A stretch of DNA of 64,000 nucleotides. It comes from the human T2T-CHM13v2.0 reference genome, Homo sapiens. The stretch lies in the NCBI RefSeq assembly GCF_009914755.1, contig NC_060947.1. One strand, 5' to 3'. The notes beneath the pieces are model-generated. The model saw only the letters and a program-made list of their open reading frames with translations. It did not search any database and was not told the DNA's origin. Position 1 is the first letter of the stretch. Each line of letters starts with the position of its first letter. Below, piece after piece: positions 44,835-59,512 of the stretch. Position numbers and translations under genes: made by a program.

Positions 44835-46292
44835 TAGTTTGTATGAAGCTACTATTATCAAGACAGGGTGGTTCTGGCATGAGGACAGGCATATATATCA
44901 ATGGAACAGGACTGAGAGGTCAAAAATAAACTCTTATATTTATAATCAATTGATTTTTGACAAAAGTACCAAGATGATTAGTTGGGGGGAAAAGATACCC
45001 TGTTCAATAAATGATGTTGGGAAAATTGGATATCCACATGCAAAAAAGATGAACTTAGATACTCACTAGAGACCATACCCCAAAAATGAACTCAAAATGG
45101 ATCATAGGCTTAAATGTAAGTACCAAAACAATAAAATGTTTAGAAGAAAACATAGAAAATCCTTAAGATCTTGCAGAGCAAAGATTTATTAGATATGACA
45201 CCAAACACATAGTCTAAAAAAGAAATGAACCGTTTTGGAAAGAAACTTTTTTTTTTTTTCAAAAGAAAACCTTGAAAAATGAAAAGAAATGCAACAGACT
45301 AGGAGAAAATCTTTGGAAAACATATATCTGGTAAATAACTTATATTCAAAGGAATTTACAAAGGATTCTTGGAATGTAATAATAAGACAAACCAAACAAA
45401 AAAATGAGCAAAAGATATGAACAGATATTATACCACAAATGAAGATACACAAATGGCTAAATAAATACATGAAAACATGTTCGACATCATTATCCATTAC
45501 AGAAATTTAAATTAAAACCACAGTGAGATACCATTTCACACCCACTAGACTGGCTATAATGAAAAAGACAATAAGAAGTGGAGATGTGGAGAAATGGAAA
45601 CTCTCATACATTGCTAGTGGAAATGTAAAATGATTCAGCTGTTTTGTAAAACAGTTTGTCAGTTCCTCAATAAGTTAACATAGAATTACAATATGACCCA
45701 GCATTTCCACTCCTAGGCATATACCTAAGATAATTGAAAACGTATGTTCACACAAAAGCCTCTACATTGAATGTTCATAGCAGCATTATTCATAATAGTC
45801 AAAAAGTAAAACAGCTCCAATGTCTGATGTGGTATAATGTGATATAATATTCTATACAATGCAATATTTTTCAGCCATTAAAAGGAATGAATTATGAATA
45901 ATGCTACAACATGGCTGAGCCTCAAATATATTATGCTAAGTGAAGGAAGTTAGTCACAAAAAAACCACATTGTATGATTCCATTTATATGAAATGTCCAG
46001 AATAGGCAAATATATAGAGACAAAAATTAGATTACTGGATGCCTGGGGCAGGGGGTAGGAATTAGGATTAACTGAATATGGGCATAAGGGCACTTATTGG
46101 GGATGAAAATATTCTAAAACTGATTTACCACAGCCAGGGTTATAGCAGTGGAACGAAATAAAGGAAATGATGCAAGAGATATCATGAAGTTACACAATTC
46201 TGTAAAGTTACTAGAAATTATTGAATTGTACACTTAAAATGGATGAATTCTACAGTATGTGAATTATATCTATATAAAGTAGTTTTTTTTAA
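44835..46292 (+). mobile_element. L1M (MB/MC-like) 3' part, sense to EDA
   Basis: ORF gives [25 protein letters not shown]...YNQLIFDK, followed by the 3'UTR. Confidence 0.85.
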
Positions 46293-46842
46293 GTGTCTGG
46301 CACATAGAAGATGGTGAATAAATGTGTAAGGGGCGTTGGTTGTTTCTGAATGATACCTATCTTTAGAGGAAGAGAATCTTCAAGGCTATTCGATTTACTT
46401 CAGAGATTTCTCCCTCTAACAGATGTGTCCAGGGTCCCAGTGCAGAATCAATTGAATTAGAAGCTTCAAGGATGGGAGTCTAGTCGTATATAATTTGACA
46501 AAGCCCTATGGGTGATTTTGCCAAGCACTGCAAATTGAGACTCTGTGATTTATGGAATTGTGAATGGCTTAGTATGGTCAGAACTCAGGGTGCATGTGGG
46601 ACCCAATAGGTACTTGCACTAGAGTGGGCAGTAATCAAGAATCTTGGCCCAGAATCATCTCTGTCTTCCTCGCTTTCCCTTTTTTCCTCTCTACATCCCT
46701 CTCCCTTTCTGCCTCCCTGCCTCTCTCTCTGCTTCTTACTCTTATTCTCTCTGATAGAAATAGCTAGCTAGCTATTCCCAGATCCTACTTAGAATTTTTT
46801 TCAGAATTGTAGGGTTAAAATATATCATACAGATCATCCGTG

Positions 46843-47026
46843 GCAGTGGTTCTTAACCAGGGATGCATATTAGTCTTACCTGGAGAACTTTTTCAAGATA
46901 CACAGGTCCCTGGCCACACCCAGACATACATCATTAGAATCTTTAGAGTGAGACCATGGGCATATATAGTTTATAAAAAGGTTTTTCAGGTGATGCTGAT
47001 GCTCATCTCCATTTGAGAACGTACTG
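46843..47026. mobile_element. MER5A/B-like DNA transposon
   Basis: CAGTGGTTCTTAAC...CCTGGAGAACTTTT...CAGGTGATGCTGATGC...TTTGAGAACGTACTG, with terminal inverted repeats. Confidence 0.75.
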
Positions 47027-47984
47027 CTCTAAAGGAAGAAATAAAAGCATAAAGAAGATAAGATTTGGTTCCCCATGCCTAACTTCAGCTTCCCTGTTAC
47101 AGATTATTAGGTCTGTATCACCTGTGTTACTGAAGCTACTTTTGAAGACCACTAGACCTGAGCTTGGGTGGTAGTGAATGCTTAATGAACACCACTGTGG
47201 AATACCATTTGGAAAATCAATTCATAAACTCTGGGGAGAGAGGGATTAGATTTCAGTTGCCATTTCCTCAGCCAGATGATAGTGCTGTGTGCTTGGAATA
47301 GCCAAGAAAGGAGGGTGGTTTCCTGTCTCTTGTGGCTTCCTGGTGACTTCTCTTGGTGCTAGCTGCTGAAACCACTTTAAAATAATAGGCTGTTGAGTAA
47401 TTTTCTCCATGTATATCCACCTGTCAGTGGGCCTGCACTTCAGAGATGAAGAGTAGTTTTTATTGGCGTGATGGCATATAGCAGGGATTGAAACCAAACA
47501 GCCGCAATGAAATTGATTTTCAAAAAGAAATTACTTCTGAATTTTATTCTGTGGTTTGTGGATTGTTATTCTTACTTCATCCTGCCACACCAGTGGCCTA
47601 CAAGGACAATGAAAGCTTGGACATAAGTAAGAGTTTTGGATCAATCCACAAGGCTCTGTACCTAGAAAAATTGCATGCTGCGAAAGCACTTTTGCTATGT
47701 AGTCTAAATGTTGGGGAAACTCTGAGAGTTTCTTCTGTAAGGATGGACCTTAACACCTGCCACAACTAGTCAGACTGAGGGAAAGAAGGGCAAAGAGTAG
47801 CTTTCAGGAGTTCTTTCGACTCAACCCCCACTCCATTGAGTCCCTATTTGGTATGAGATAATGCTAGTAGGGGGATTGTATCCTCAAGACAGATTCAGCT
47901 AACAGAACCAATGAAGGAGCACAAACCTACTTCATCCTTAATGACATTAGACAAATCCTTTGGTGCAGCTTGTTTCTGTTTGGA

Positions 47985-48900
47985 TTCCCAGCTGACATCT
48001 CAAATTTAGTAAGCTAAACTGAACTTATCTTCATTCTTCCCCTTCCCACCACACACACCAAATTTTATAAAAGTAAACCCTGGTTTCATGCTCTCAATCA
48101 CTTATGCATAAAACTTGGAAGGCCTTATATTTTTACTTCTCCCTTGTCCTTGCTACCTATATATAGCAATCAATTGTTAAGTTGACTCCTACTTTGTGAT
48201 GTTGATTTATATTGTTCATGATGTCTCTTGCATGACTCCCTTTCTTTCTAGTCTCACTGCTATCACTCTGGCTGTATTTGGCTTAGATGATCTTCAAGGT
48301 GCCTCCCAACAATGAAAATCTGTGACTCTTTCTCAGCTCCTTATTACCTCACTCCTACAGTGGTTGTGTAGCTGAGAGTTGCTTTGTTCTCTGTTCCATA
48401 TATATACCTCAGCTAGATTATTTTTCTTCCAGAGTTATTTTGTTATGTCACTTCCTCCTCAGAAACCTTGACATCTCCCTACTGCCCGTAGAATAAAGTT
48501 CAGACTTCTTAAACTGGCATTCTAAGCCCCTTTGCAATTGGGTTTGAACTACTCTGTCACTCTTCTTTTTATTCTCTGTTTGAATCTTGTTTTATCCAGA
48601 CTGGTCCACTGACAGGCCGCGTTCTGGCCTTTGTTTGTTTACCTGTTCCCCCGAAGAAGAATGTTCTTTCCTCCAACCTGTCTCTTGGACCCCTCCAGGT
48701 CCTTCAAAGCTCAACTTAAACCTTAACTCTTGTGTGCATTCTTCCTTGCCCATCTATCCATCCCAGCACCCTAAATTCCTCATTCAGCACTGTGCTGTGT
48801 TGTAGGTGTTCTTGTTTCCTTAACTTGATGTGAAGGTTTTTGAAGACAGAGACTGAGTGTTACATTCCTTTATAGCTCTTATACCTACAACGCTAACTGT
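47985..48900 (+). mobile_element. L2 fragments (with a small MIR piece)
   Basis: CATCTCAAATTTA...AAACTGAACTTATC; GAATAAAGTTCAGACTTCTTA; CCTTCAAAGCTCAACTTAAA. Confidence 0.55.
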
Positions 48901-50511
48901 ACTCTTTTAATTAAATACCAAAGTGAATCTTAAGGTATTGAAACATTCCCCCTAATATCGGACTCTAAAATATAGTTGTACACATTGATTGTGAGGATTA
49001 TCATGCTACCTTAAGGATCTGGTGATTATTAATGGAGTCTGTCAGTAGGGCTTCTTTGCTTTTAGAGCCCTGCTTAAGGTCAAGCACCCTCACAGAAAGT
49101 TTCTTAGACTCTAGAGCTTCCTTCCTCAGTTCCTTTCCCTCCTTCAGATCTTTAAAAGCCTTCCACATAACAAGTATTCATATTCCACTTTGACCTGCTG
49201 TATACCTCTTGATTTCCTCAATACAGCAAGTCCTTACCTTCAAAATGCTTTCGGAATTCATTTCTCCCTGAATACTGAAGGTACCTCAACTTCTTGGCTT
49301 TCAGATTCTAACTCACGTGCCAGGTCACGAGAGGCTCCATACCCAAGTTTCTTTTCAAGTCACAAACCCCATACACCCCCATCGTATATCAAAGTTCCCT
49401 AACCCTCTTGTTTGTATTTTTAACAGTAACTCATTTAAACGTGTAAATGTGGGAAAGCCCTTAAGGTCAGGACTCTCTCTGTTTGTCTTGTATAGTGCAA
49501 AATATGCCGGTGTTCCAAATAATAAAGGTTTAGGGAAAAGCCCAGGTTGTGGTTATGTACGTGTCTGTGTTTGTCTGTGTGAGGGAGTCAAGGAAGGGGA
49601 GGGGGAGAAAATGGAGGGACTGACTTGTGTTTCTTTGTGTTTGCGTATAAGTATTAAATGCTAGAATTCTAGCATTTAATTTCTAGGAGAAATGTGATTC
49701 ATAGTTCAGGACATAAGACCAAGTAGTACTACTGTTTCATAAACTACACTCTTACATTTCCAGTTAACCCATTTTCTTCTCAGCCCCTGACTTTACCTAT
49801 TCATTCAGAAAGTCTGGCTCCCACCTGCTAAACCAGAGTGCCTCATGCTTATTTTGGTCTGTTTTGGATATCTTTCTTATCCTGGAGGTTGTAGAAAGAG
49901 TACTGGAATAAGTTCTGGCTCTTAACCAACTAGCATATTTCAGTGTCCTTATTTGTAAAATGGGAAAGACAGTACCTTCCCTGTCTCCTTCGCACTGTCT
50001 TTTTGAGGATCAAACACAAATATGTGTGAAAAATATAAAGTCTTGTGGTTATTTCTTAGAGGACTATTTGATAAATCTGTCTCTTTGTCTCGTTAATTAT
50101 GTAAAACTTTTTTTCTAATTACTACCTTATATTTTCCATATAGTTGCCCTGTCTGTTGACATAAATTCACAGGGGTTGGTAATGGTACTGCATTTTTTCA
50201 AATCGTGCTTTTATGTTATACTCCCTTTTTGCATTTACAAATGCTTTCTTTCAGCCTGGCCCTCTGACAATTTATTTCCACAAGTTGTAGAGGGATAACT
50301 GGATTGGAAATTGGGATACAGTAGTACTGGTCCCAGGTCTGCGTTTAGTTATTCTCTTCTAGTTAAGTTGGTTCACCTTAGGTAGGTCATTTCATCTTTC
50401 TGGCTCTCTGTTTACTTATCTGCAAAATGTTGGAGATTGAAGTTGGTGATCTATAAGTTCTCTTCAAACACTAACAATTTATCATTGCAGCTAAATAGAA
50501 TTCCTGATGCT

Positions 50512-50811
50512 GGCCAGGCACGGTGGCTCACACCTGTAATCCCAGCATTTTGGAAGACTGAGGTGGGTGGATCACCTGAGGTCAGGAGTTCGAGACCAGC
50601 CTGACCAACGTGGTGAAACCCCGTCTCTACTAAAAATACAAAAATCAACTGGGTGTGGTGGCACGCACCTGTAATCCTAGCTACTTGGGAGGCTGAGGCA
50701 GGAGAATCAGCTTGAGCCCAAGAGGTGGAGGTTGCAGTGAGCCAAGATCGCACCACTGCACTCCAGCCTGGGTGACAGAGCGAGACTCCGTGTCAAAAAA
50801 AAAAAAAAAAA
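50512..50811 (+). mobile_element. AluSx-like
   Basis: Full dimer. Perfect 15-bp TSD AGAATTCCTGATGCT at 50497-50511 and 50812-50826. Confidence 0.94.
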
Positions 50812-52744
50812 AGAATTCCTGATGCTTTTTTTTCAGTTTTTCCTGCTCCACACCCCGCTCCTTGAGAATCACTGGCCTAATGAATATAGTCCAGATGCCA
50901 AATTCAAGACCTACATCAGTGTTGGCTTGCCAGTATTATGTACTGTTTCCAACAAGAACCCCCGGTTATATATAGATTGGTTTTCTTACTGCACATTCCT
51001 ACCTTCATTGCCACTGTGTCATTCCCCCTGTTAAAATCTTTTTTTTTTCTTTTTTTTTTTGTGGTAGAATACTCCTTTGTCTCTAAGGACAAGCTTAAAT
51101 GTTATACTTTCCTGTGAAGCCTTTCCTAATAGCTTAAACCTTAGTAATATTTTTTCTATTTCATCTGAACCACATCTGCATTTATGATATGCCAGACACT
51201 ATACCTGGCATTGTAGGAGACAGAAAGATAAAATAAGTTCCTCACATTAGAGAAGGCTGAAATTGGGAATTAGCATTCTGGGCAGTGGTTAGCAGCATCA
51301 GCAAAGACTTGGAAATAGTAGAGTGGAGTAGAGTAGAGGGTGAGTTTGGATAAAGGCTTAGAGCCCATGGACCTTACTTATTTGGCCTATAACTATATAT
51401 CCTCTTATGACAGTTCTTGTGATAGTATGCTACCTTATAATATGAAATTGTGGTTTATTTGTCATTTATTGGCTACCTAGCTTTCATTTCCTTTTCCTAA
51501 TACCATTGCAGTTTCTTTTTGGAGTAGTCCCTTTCCATTATTGGATGGTGTAATAGGAAATCTAGGTGCCTGTATCCCACAAGAGAAGCCAAAGGGGTCA
51601 AGTCCTTCTACTTACTACCCCAGTAAAATCAAAGAGCAGTAGCCATGTGATGTATGGTCAACCAACCTACATTCTCTTGTGGGGCTGGCTTGACTTTTTG
51701 TCTTACAGTCTATATCCTTTGGCCCATTGCTCCAATCACCCTCTTGCAATTACCTCAAGTCTCTTGACTCTCTGTCCCCAGGTCCCCCTGTCTTAACAAA
51801 ACCTCAGTCTAGGATTAGCCCTACCATTTGGCTTTATCAGTTCTACATGAAAGACTGTTGAATAGGACTGCAGAGAATAACCAATTACAGCCACTACAAA
51901 TTCAGGCCCCAACCTCTGCTGGATACTTAGTTACCTAGCAATCTTTCTTTCTGTGGACTGAATTAGCTTGATCTTCTGAACTCAGCAGCAATTCTGTACT
52001 CTCACTTTGGTCCTCAGACCTCCTGCTCTAAGACATACTTCACTTTCAGCTGTTAAAACCCAATTCCTACTTCACTGAAAACAATCAAGACTATCTGTGA
52101 CATCATCTGCAAATCCATTCCCCTCACTAACTATAATACCACCTATGGATTTTACTCCATTTGCCCCCACTCTTGTGCTCCTGTCTCCATAGAGGAAATG
52201 TGTTCCTTTGGTTCAAGACCAGTCCTTTTATCTGAGCTTTGGATCTTCTCCCCGCTTACTATCTCATGGTCCTTTCTCTTAGTCATTTTCTTCCTATCCT
52301 GTATCTTGGATCTCTCTCAAACTTCTTTTTTTCCTCTTAGCATGTAGTCATGCTCACATCTCATCTTTGGGGGGGACCTTTTTTGACCCAAATCTTCCTA
52401 AAACTACCCTTTCCTACTTCTGTAAATAGTTAAGCTTCTGAAAAGAGTGGAATAAACTTGCTGTCTTTACGTTTTAACCACTCATTGATACCTAATCCTC
52501 CTGTGGTTCAGCTTCTGTGTCCTCCTCCCAGGAGTTTGTGCTTGCTCACCAGTGACCTTCATATTGTAAAATTTAACGGGACACATTTATTCTAATCATA
52601 TTTCACTTATCTGTCAAGTCCTTTATTTTATTATTTAAAATTTTTGATAATAAGCAGAGAAAGCCACTTGACATTATGAATTTACTGGGGATAGTTATTT
52701 CAATGATTAATGTTCCTCAGTGAATATTTATTATGAAGTTTCAA

Positions 52745-53720
52745 TTTTGTTTTAGAATTTTGTAATTGAGATATAATTTACATAACTTAAAATTCATCCT
52801 TTTAAAGTGTACAAAACACTAGTTTTTAGTATATTCACAGAGTTGTGCAACTGTGACCATTGTCTAATCCAAGAACATTTTCATTGCCCCCCAAAGAAAC
52901 TGTATCCATTAGCAGTCATTCCCCAATTCCTCCTTTCCCCCATCCTCTATCAACCACTAATCTACTTTCTGCCGCTATGGATTTACCTATGCTGGACATG
53001 TCATATAAATGGAATCATGTAATATGTGGCTTTATGTGTCTGGCCTTCTTCACTTAGCATAATATTTTCAAAATTCATCCATGCTGGAACATGTATCCGT
53101 CCTTTTTCCCTTTTACAGGTGAATAAAATTCCATTGTATGGATATACCACCTTTTATTTATCTATTTTGTCTATTGATGAACATTTGAGTTGTTTCCACC
53201 TTGGGGTATTATGAATAATGCTGCTATGAACATGGAGGTGTACAGGTTTTTGTTTAAACACCTGTTTTCCATTCATTTGGGGTATATACCTAGTGGTGGA
53301 ATTGCTGGGTCCTATGTTAATTCTATGTTTAACTTATTGAGGAACCACCAAGCTGTTTTTCACAATTGTTGAACCATATTACATTGTCACCAGCAGTGTA
53401 TAAGGGTTCCAGTTTCTCCACATCCCTGCCAACGCTTGTTGTGATCTTTTTTATTATAGCCATCTTACTGAGCATAAGGTGATATCTAATTGTTTTGATT
53501 TGCATTTCCCTAAAGACTAATGATATTGAGCATTTTTTCATATACATATTGGCCGTTTGTATATCTTTGAAGAAATGTCTATCCAAATCCTTTGTCCATT
53601 TCTAAATTGCATTATATGCCTTTTAATTTTTGAATTGCAAGAGTTCTTAATGTATTCTGCATACTAAACCCTTATTAGAGATAAAATTTGCAAATATTTT
53701 CTCCCATTCTATGTGTTGTA
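52745..53720 (-). mobile_element. L1MB-like 3' end, antisense
   Basis: Minus ORF 53329-53586 gives DIQTANMYMKKCSISLVFREMQIKTIRYHL...VGRDVEKLEPLYTAG. Confidence 0.88.
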
Positions 53721-53724
53721 GTTC

Positions 53725-54031
53725 TTTATTTTTATTTTATCCTGAGGCAGGGTCTCACTCTGTTGCCCAGGCGGGAGTGCGGTGGCATGATCTCGGCTCA
53801 CTGCGACCTCCATCTCCTGGGCTAAAGTGATCCTTCCGCATCAGCCCCCTAAGTAGCTGACATTACAGGCTTGCACCACCATGCCCGGATAATTTTTTTA
53901 TTATTTTTTTTAATAGAGATGGAGTTTCCCCATGTTGGCCAGGCTGGTCACGAACTCCTGACCTCAAGTGATTCGCCCACCTCGGCCTCCCAGAGTGCTG
54001 GGATTACAGACATGAGCTACCATGCCCGGCC
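53725..54031 (-). mobile_element. Alu (Jb/early S)
   Basis: Full dimer on the minus strand. Confidence 0.88.
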
Positions 54032-54167
54032 TCCTTATTTTTTGAACCCTCTCCTCTTTTGGTTTCCATGGCAATAGGCTTTCTTATTTTTTTTTCCTAC
54101 TTCTCTGACTATTCCTTCCCAAGTTCTTTTAGAAGGTTCTTTCCTACGTATCTCTTAAATGTTGTTA

Positions 54168-54578
54168 CAGTCATGTGCCACATAATGATGTTTCTGTCAA
54201 TGATGAAGCACATGTACAATGAGGGTGGTCCCGTAAGATTATAATGGAGGTGAACAATTTTTATTGTCTAGTGACATCTCATAGCTGTTGTAACATTGTA
54301 GTACAATGCATTACCTTTTCTATGTTTGCATATGTTTAGATATACAAATATTTACTATTGTGTTACAATTATCTATGACTTTATGAATATTATGTACAGT
54401 GTTCAGTATAGTAACATGTTACACAGGTTTGTAGCCTAGGAGCAATAGGCTATACCTGTGTAGTAGGCTATACCATCCAGATTTGTGTAAATATACTCTA
54501 TGATGTTCACACAATGACAAAATAACCAAATGACATATTTCTCAGAATGTATCCCTGCTGTTAAGTGACACATGACAC
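54168..54578. mobile_element. Tigger3 (Golem)-family Tc1/mariner deletion derivative
   Basis: TA|CAGTCATGTGCCACATAATGATG ... CTGTTAAGTGACACATGAC terminal inverted repeats. Confidence 0.82.
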
Positions 54579-54911
54579 ACTATTTCCTAGGTCTACACTC
54601 TTGCCTTCTTTTCTCTTGTTAGTTTATATATTCTCCCAGTGTGATCTCTTTTAAATTCATGGCTTTTAACTGTCATCTATGTAGGAATGATTTTGAAGCC
54701 AAGATCTACAGTATATACAGTTCAGACCTCTTTCCTGTATCCCATATCTGCTGAGCTCCAGTAGTATTTCTATTGGAAATCTTTTGAGTATAGCATAGGC
54801 AACTTGAAATCAATTTATCCTAAACTGCATTTATCACCTTCCTACCCCAAACCTGCTTTTCCTCCCCTGTTCATCTCAGTGAGTACTACTACCATTCATT
54901 TACTTATCTAA

Positions 54912-55313
<402 letters not shown>

Positions 55314-55475
55314 TAGTTTAACTTCTACTTTTTTTTTCAACTTGAGTGTCACCTACTCCAAAAAACTTTCCTTAACTATTCTTTGCCAGGTCTGAAATAT
55401 ATGCTCTTTGGTGTTCCTATAAAATTCTATGCTTACTCCTGTCACTGCACTTAACTATAACACACTGTACTCTAC

Positions 55476-55894
55476 TGATATAGTTCTGATGTTTGTCCCC
55501 TCCAAATCTCATGTTAAAACATAATCCCCAATGTTGGAGGTGGGGCCTGGTGGAAGGTGTTTGAGTCATGGGGGCAGATCCCTCATTAATGGCTTGATGT
55601 TGTCCTTAAGATAGTGAGTTCTCATGAGGTCTGGTTGTTTAAAAGTGTGTGGCACCTCTTCTCCTCTTCCTTGCTCCCTTTCTCACCATGTGATGTGCCT
55701 ACTCCCACTCCACCTTCCAGCATGATTTTAAGCTTCCTGAGGCCCTTCCCAGAAGCCAAGCAGATGTAGGTACCATGCTTGTACAGCCAGTAGAACTGTG
55801 AGCCAATTAAGCCTCTTTTTATTAGTAAATCACCCAGTCTCACAGTCTCAGGTATTACTTTATAGTAATAGTAATGCAAAAATGGCCTAATACA
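55476..55894 (+). mobile_element. MSTA/B-like MaLR solo LTR
   Basis: TGATATAGTT...CCAAATCTCATGTT...TAAGCTTCCTGAGGCC...GAACTGTGAGCCAATTAA...CCTAATACA. Confidence 0.87.
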
Positions 55895-57004
55895 TCTGTG
55901 CATGTTATTTAACTTGTCTACCTTATCTAGTAAACTGAAGTCCTTCTCTACTAAACCCCTCTGCTAAACCCCTTTTTGTATGACTATGTCCACAATGCCT
56001 AGAACAATGTCACGCACACCATAGGTGCTCAAACTGGTTCATGGTTTTTTTTTTTTTTTTTGATGCTCAAACTTTTGAAGGAAAGAATTAGAATGTGATA
56101 CTTTATTATAAATCCCTAGGCAGAATACGTTCAAGGAAACCGTTTCTTCTTGCTACTGTAACTTTTTGTTGTCATACTTTCTATTTATTGAGAGGATTAT
56201 GTTTTTCTTGGGACCTGGACTTATGTGAAGTGAACAAAACAAGATTAATTGTGCTCTGTCTGTCAGACATCCCACCTCACTTTCTCCATCATGCTCCAGT
56301 GGGGTGTGGCAAGGTTGTAGCATTGTCACAAGTGGGACAAGGATTGGAAGGGCAGGACAAGCAAAATTTTCAACCGCAATTTTTTTAGCATTGCCCTGGG
56401 AAATCACACAATAGTAGAGCTGAAAAGAATTTCAAGAGACTGTCTTATCCAGGCCCTCTGCCTTCAAGCAAGTGAATTTTAAAGCATTCATGACAAATGG
56501 TCACTCAGGAGCCCCTAATAATCTCACTAAGAAGAATATTCAATGGAGATGGGAAGAAATACAAAAGTGCAAAAGTTATGTATGCCAAGTAGTCCACAGG
56601 TATACTTCAATATAGAGAAGGATATATTAGGAAATGACTCCGGTGCAAATCTATATATAGATCTGTGTTTTCTCATTGCCTTTTATTAACAAATGGGAAG
56701 TGTCATTCCCCAGAGAACTGAGCACGTTATCTGGTGTGGAGTCAAAAAAAAGAAGGAATTAGAGATCAAAGAAGGACTCTGAAATTGTTCCTGGAATCTG
56801 GGCTAATGGAATGAGCCAGCTGCCTTGGGAAAGACCTGTATCAGATAGATGAGTTATGCTGCTTCAGGCTGTTTAATTAATGAGATTGGGTTCTGTAACT
56901 GACCTGTGGATATGAAATCTGCAGACTGAGGACAGAACATACTATTGTGAAGAAATTTTGCATTCTAAGTGGAGGATTGTGGAGTGGTACTCTACATGGC
57001 AGTT

Positions 57005-57210
57005 AGATACATGGACTTCATAGCCTGAAGTCAGGATTTGAATCCCAGCCCTGCCATTTACTACAAGTCTCCCACTAGTCTTCTCCATTTCTTCGTCTAT
57101 AATAAAGATAATATCGACTCTATAAAGTTGTTATGAGAATCAAAGAGGCAATGGATATGAACCTTATAGCAATAGTGCTTGGCATATAGTAAGTCCTCAC
57201 TAAATGTTAA
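57005..57210 (+). mobile_element. MIR
   Basis: GGATTTGAATCCCAGCCCTGCCATTTACTA...TTAGC-like core...AGTGCTTGGCATATAGTAAG...TAAATGTTA. Confidence 0.7.
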
Positions 57211-58154
57211 CTACTACTACTACTACTGCTTAGTAGTAGTAGTGTTCTAATCATTACTGTGCTGTACTAAAGAGACAATGAGCAAGCAAAGGGGGAAATG
57301 CTTGGTTAGTCTTAGCAGGAAATTCATGGTTATTTGGTGGTGGTGGTGGAGGCAATGAAAAAAGGTTGCCAATAGTGTAAATGCCTAGAGAGCCTTCTCA
57401 TGGGCACCTGAATTCTGTCACATTTCCAATATTAGATGTTTGCTGATTATATGAGGGCTACACCTATCATATAGTATTTCACTTAAAAAATGTTTCCATT
57501 GGCTTAATACTTTAGGCTCTGCTACTCCTTGCAAAGATCAATACAAATCCCCAAATTACCTGAAAAGCCTATTTTACATTCTCTTTCTTAAGAAATACTG
57601 TTGTTGCCCACCCCCATAATATTGACACTTTGCCAATGAATTATACAAAAAACAAGAAAAGAAATAAACAATCACGTTGTACTAGAGGCAGCCAGTATTT
57701 CCAAATGATGGGTCCATGACATACAAGCAAGAGAAGTTCATGAATAGTTCAGTACTTAGAATTTGAATGTTGGCTAGATTGGGAAAACTCATGTAACAGG
57801 TTTTAACCCCAGTTTGAGGGAGTTGTTTTAAAAAGAACTTCCTAATAATCATTTACAGTCCAGTTAGCCATTTTCCCATTTGTAGTAAGGGTTTTTATTT
57901 AGCCTTGCTCATTTAAAATTGGTCTTCAGTAATGCATTTGGGGCTTGATAACTGTGCAAATGATTTTCTCAAATAGCATTGTGATGATGCCAAGAGCTCT
58001 GAATGCTTTTTATGGCTTCACCCCAATTCTACAGGAACATGAATGTGTTGAATAAAACTTTCTCTGGGTTAGTCTGAGCAGTAATTTCTAGTTTCTGTAC
58101 CGTAAGCCTATCATGTAGGTAAGATCGTAAGCTAAATAGTCACAGACCTGCTTT

Positions 58155-59512
58155 ATTGTTGTTTATTTCTTATTGTGGTAAAATATATGTAATGTAAAAT
58201 TTATCATTTTAGTCATTTTTAGGTGTACCGTTCAGTGGCATTACGTACATTCACAATGTTGTGCAATGATTGCCACTATCTATTTCCAGAATGTTTTTAT
58301 CCTTCCAAATGGAAACTCTTTCTACCCATTAACCAACTCCCTACTCTCCCCTCCCCCCAGCCCCTATCAACCATTAATCTAACTTTTTTTCTGTGAATTT
58401 GGCTACTCTAAATACCTCATGTAAGTGGAGTCATACACTATTTGTCCTTTCATGACTGGCTTACTTAAATTAGCTAAGGTTCACTTATGTTGTAGCATGT
58501 ATCAGAATTTTATTCCTATTATGGCTGAATGATACTCCATTGTATGTATATACCACATTTTGTTTATCCATTTATCTGTGGATGGACACTTGGGTTGCTT
58601 CCACCTTGGGGTATTGTGAATAATGCTGCTATGAACATGGGTGTACACATTTTCATTTGAACACCTGTTTTCAATTCATTTAGGGTACATACTAAGGAGT
58701 AGGATTGCTGAGTTGTATGGTAATTCTACATTTAACTTACTGAGGAACCACCAAACTGTTTTCCATAATTTTTGAATAATTTTCGCATTTTTACCAGAGG
58801 TGTATGAGGGTTCCAAATTTCTCCACATCCTTATCAACACTTGTTATTATATTTTTGATTATACCCATCCTATTGTATGTAAAGTGGTATTTAATTATTG
58901 TTTTGATTGGCATTGCCCTAAAAACTAATGATATTGAGCATCTTTCCATATGCTTATTGGTTATTTGCATATCTTTGGAGAAATGTCCATTAAAGTCCTT
59001 TGTCCATTTTTTAATCAGGTTATTTTTGTTGTTGTTGAGTTGTAGGAGTTTTTTAAATATATTCTAGATATTAACCTCTTATCCATATATGTGATTTGCA
59101 AATATTTTCTCCCATTTTGTGGATTACCTTTTCACTTTGTTGTTAATATCTTTTGATGCACAAAATTTTAAATATTAATGTAGTCCAATTTATCTATTTT
59201 TTGTGTATGTGCTTTTGGTATCATATCAAGAAATCTTGAAAAATCCAATTTCATGAAGTTTTTCTCCTATATTTTCTTCTAAGAATTTTATAGTTGTAGG
59301 TCTTTTGTTTAGGCCTTTGAACCATTTTGAGTTAATTTTTGTATATGGTATAAGATAAAGGTTCAGTTTCACTCTTTTATACGTAGATATCCAGTTTTCC
59401 TAATGCCATTTGTTGAGAAGACTGTCCTTTCTCAACTGAATGGTCTTGGTATCCTTGTTGAAAATCAATTGATCATATATGTGAGGATTTATTTCTGGTC
59501 TTTTTGTTTTGT
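58155..59512 (-). mobile_element. 5'-truncated L1MB-like element inserted into a MIR
   Basis: Antisense 3'UTR plus ORF2 end. Perfect 15-bp TSD TCACAGACCTGCTTT at 58140-58154 and 59513-59527. Confidence 0.9.
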
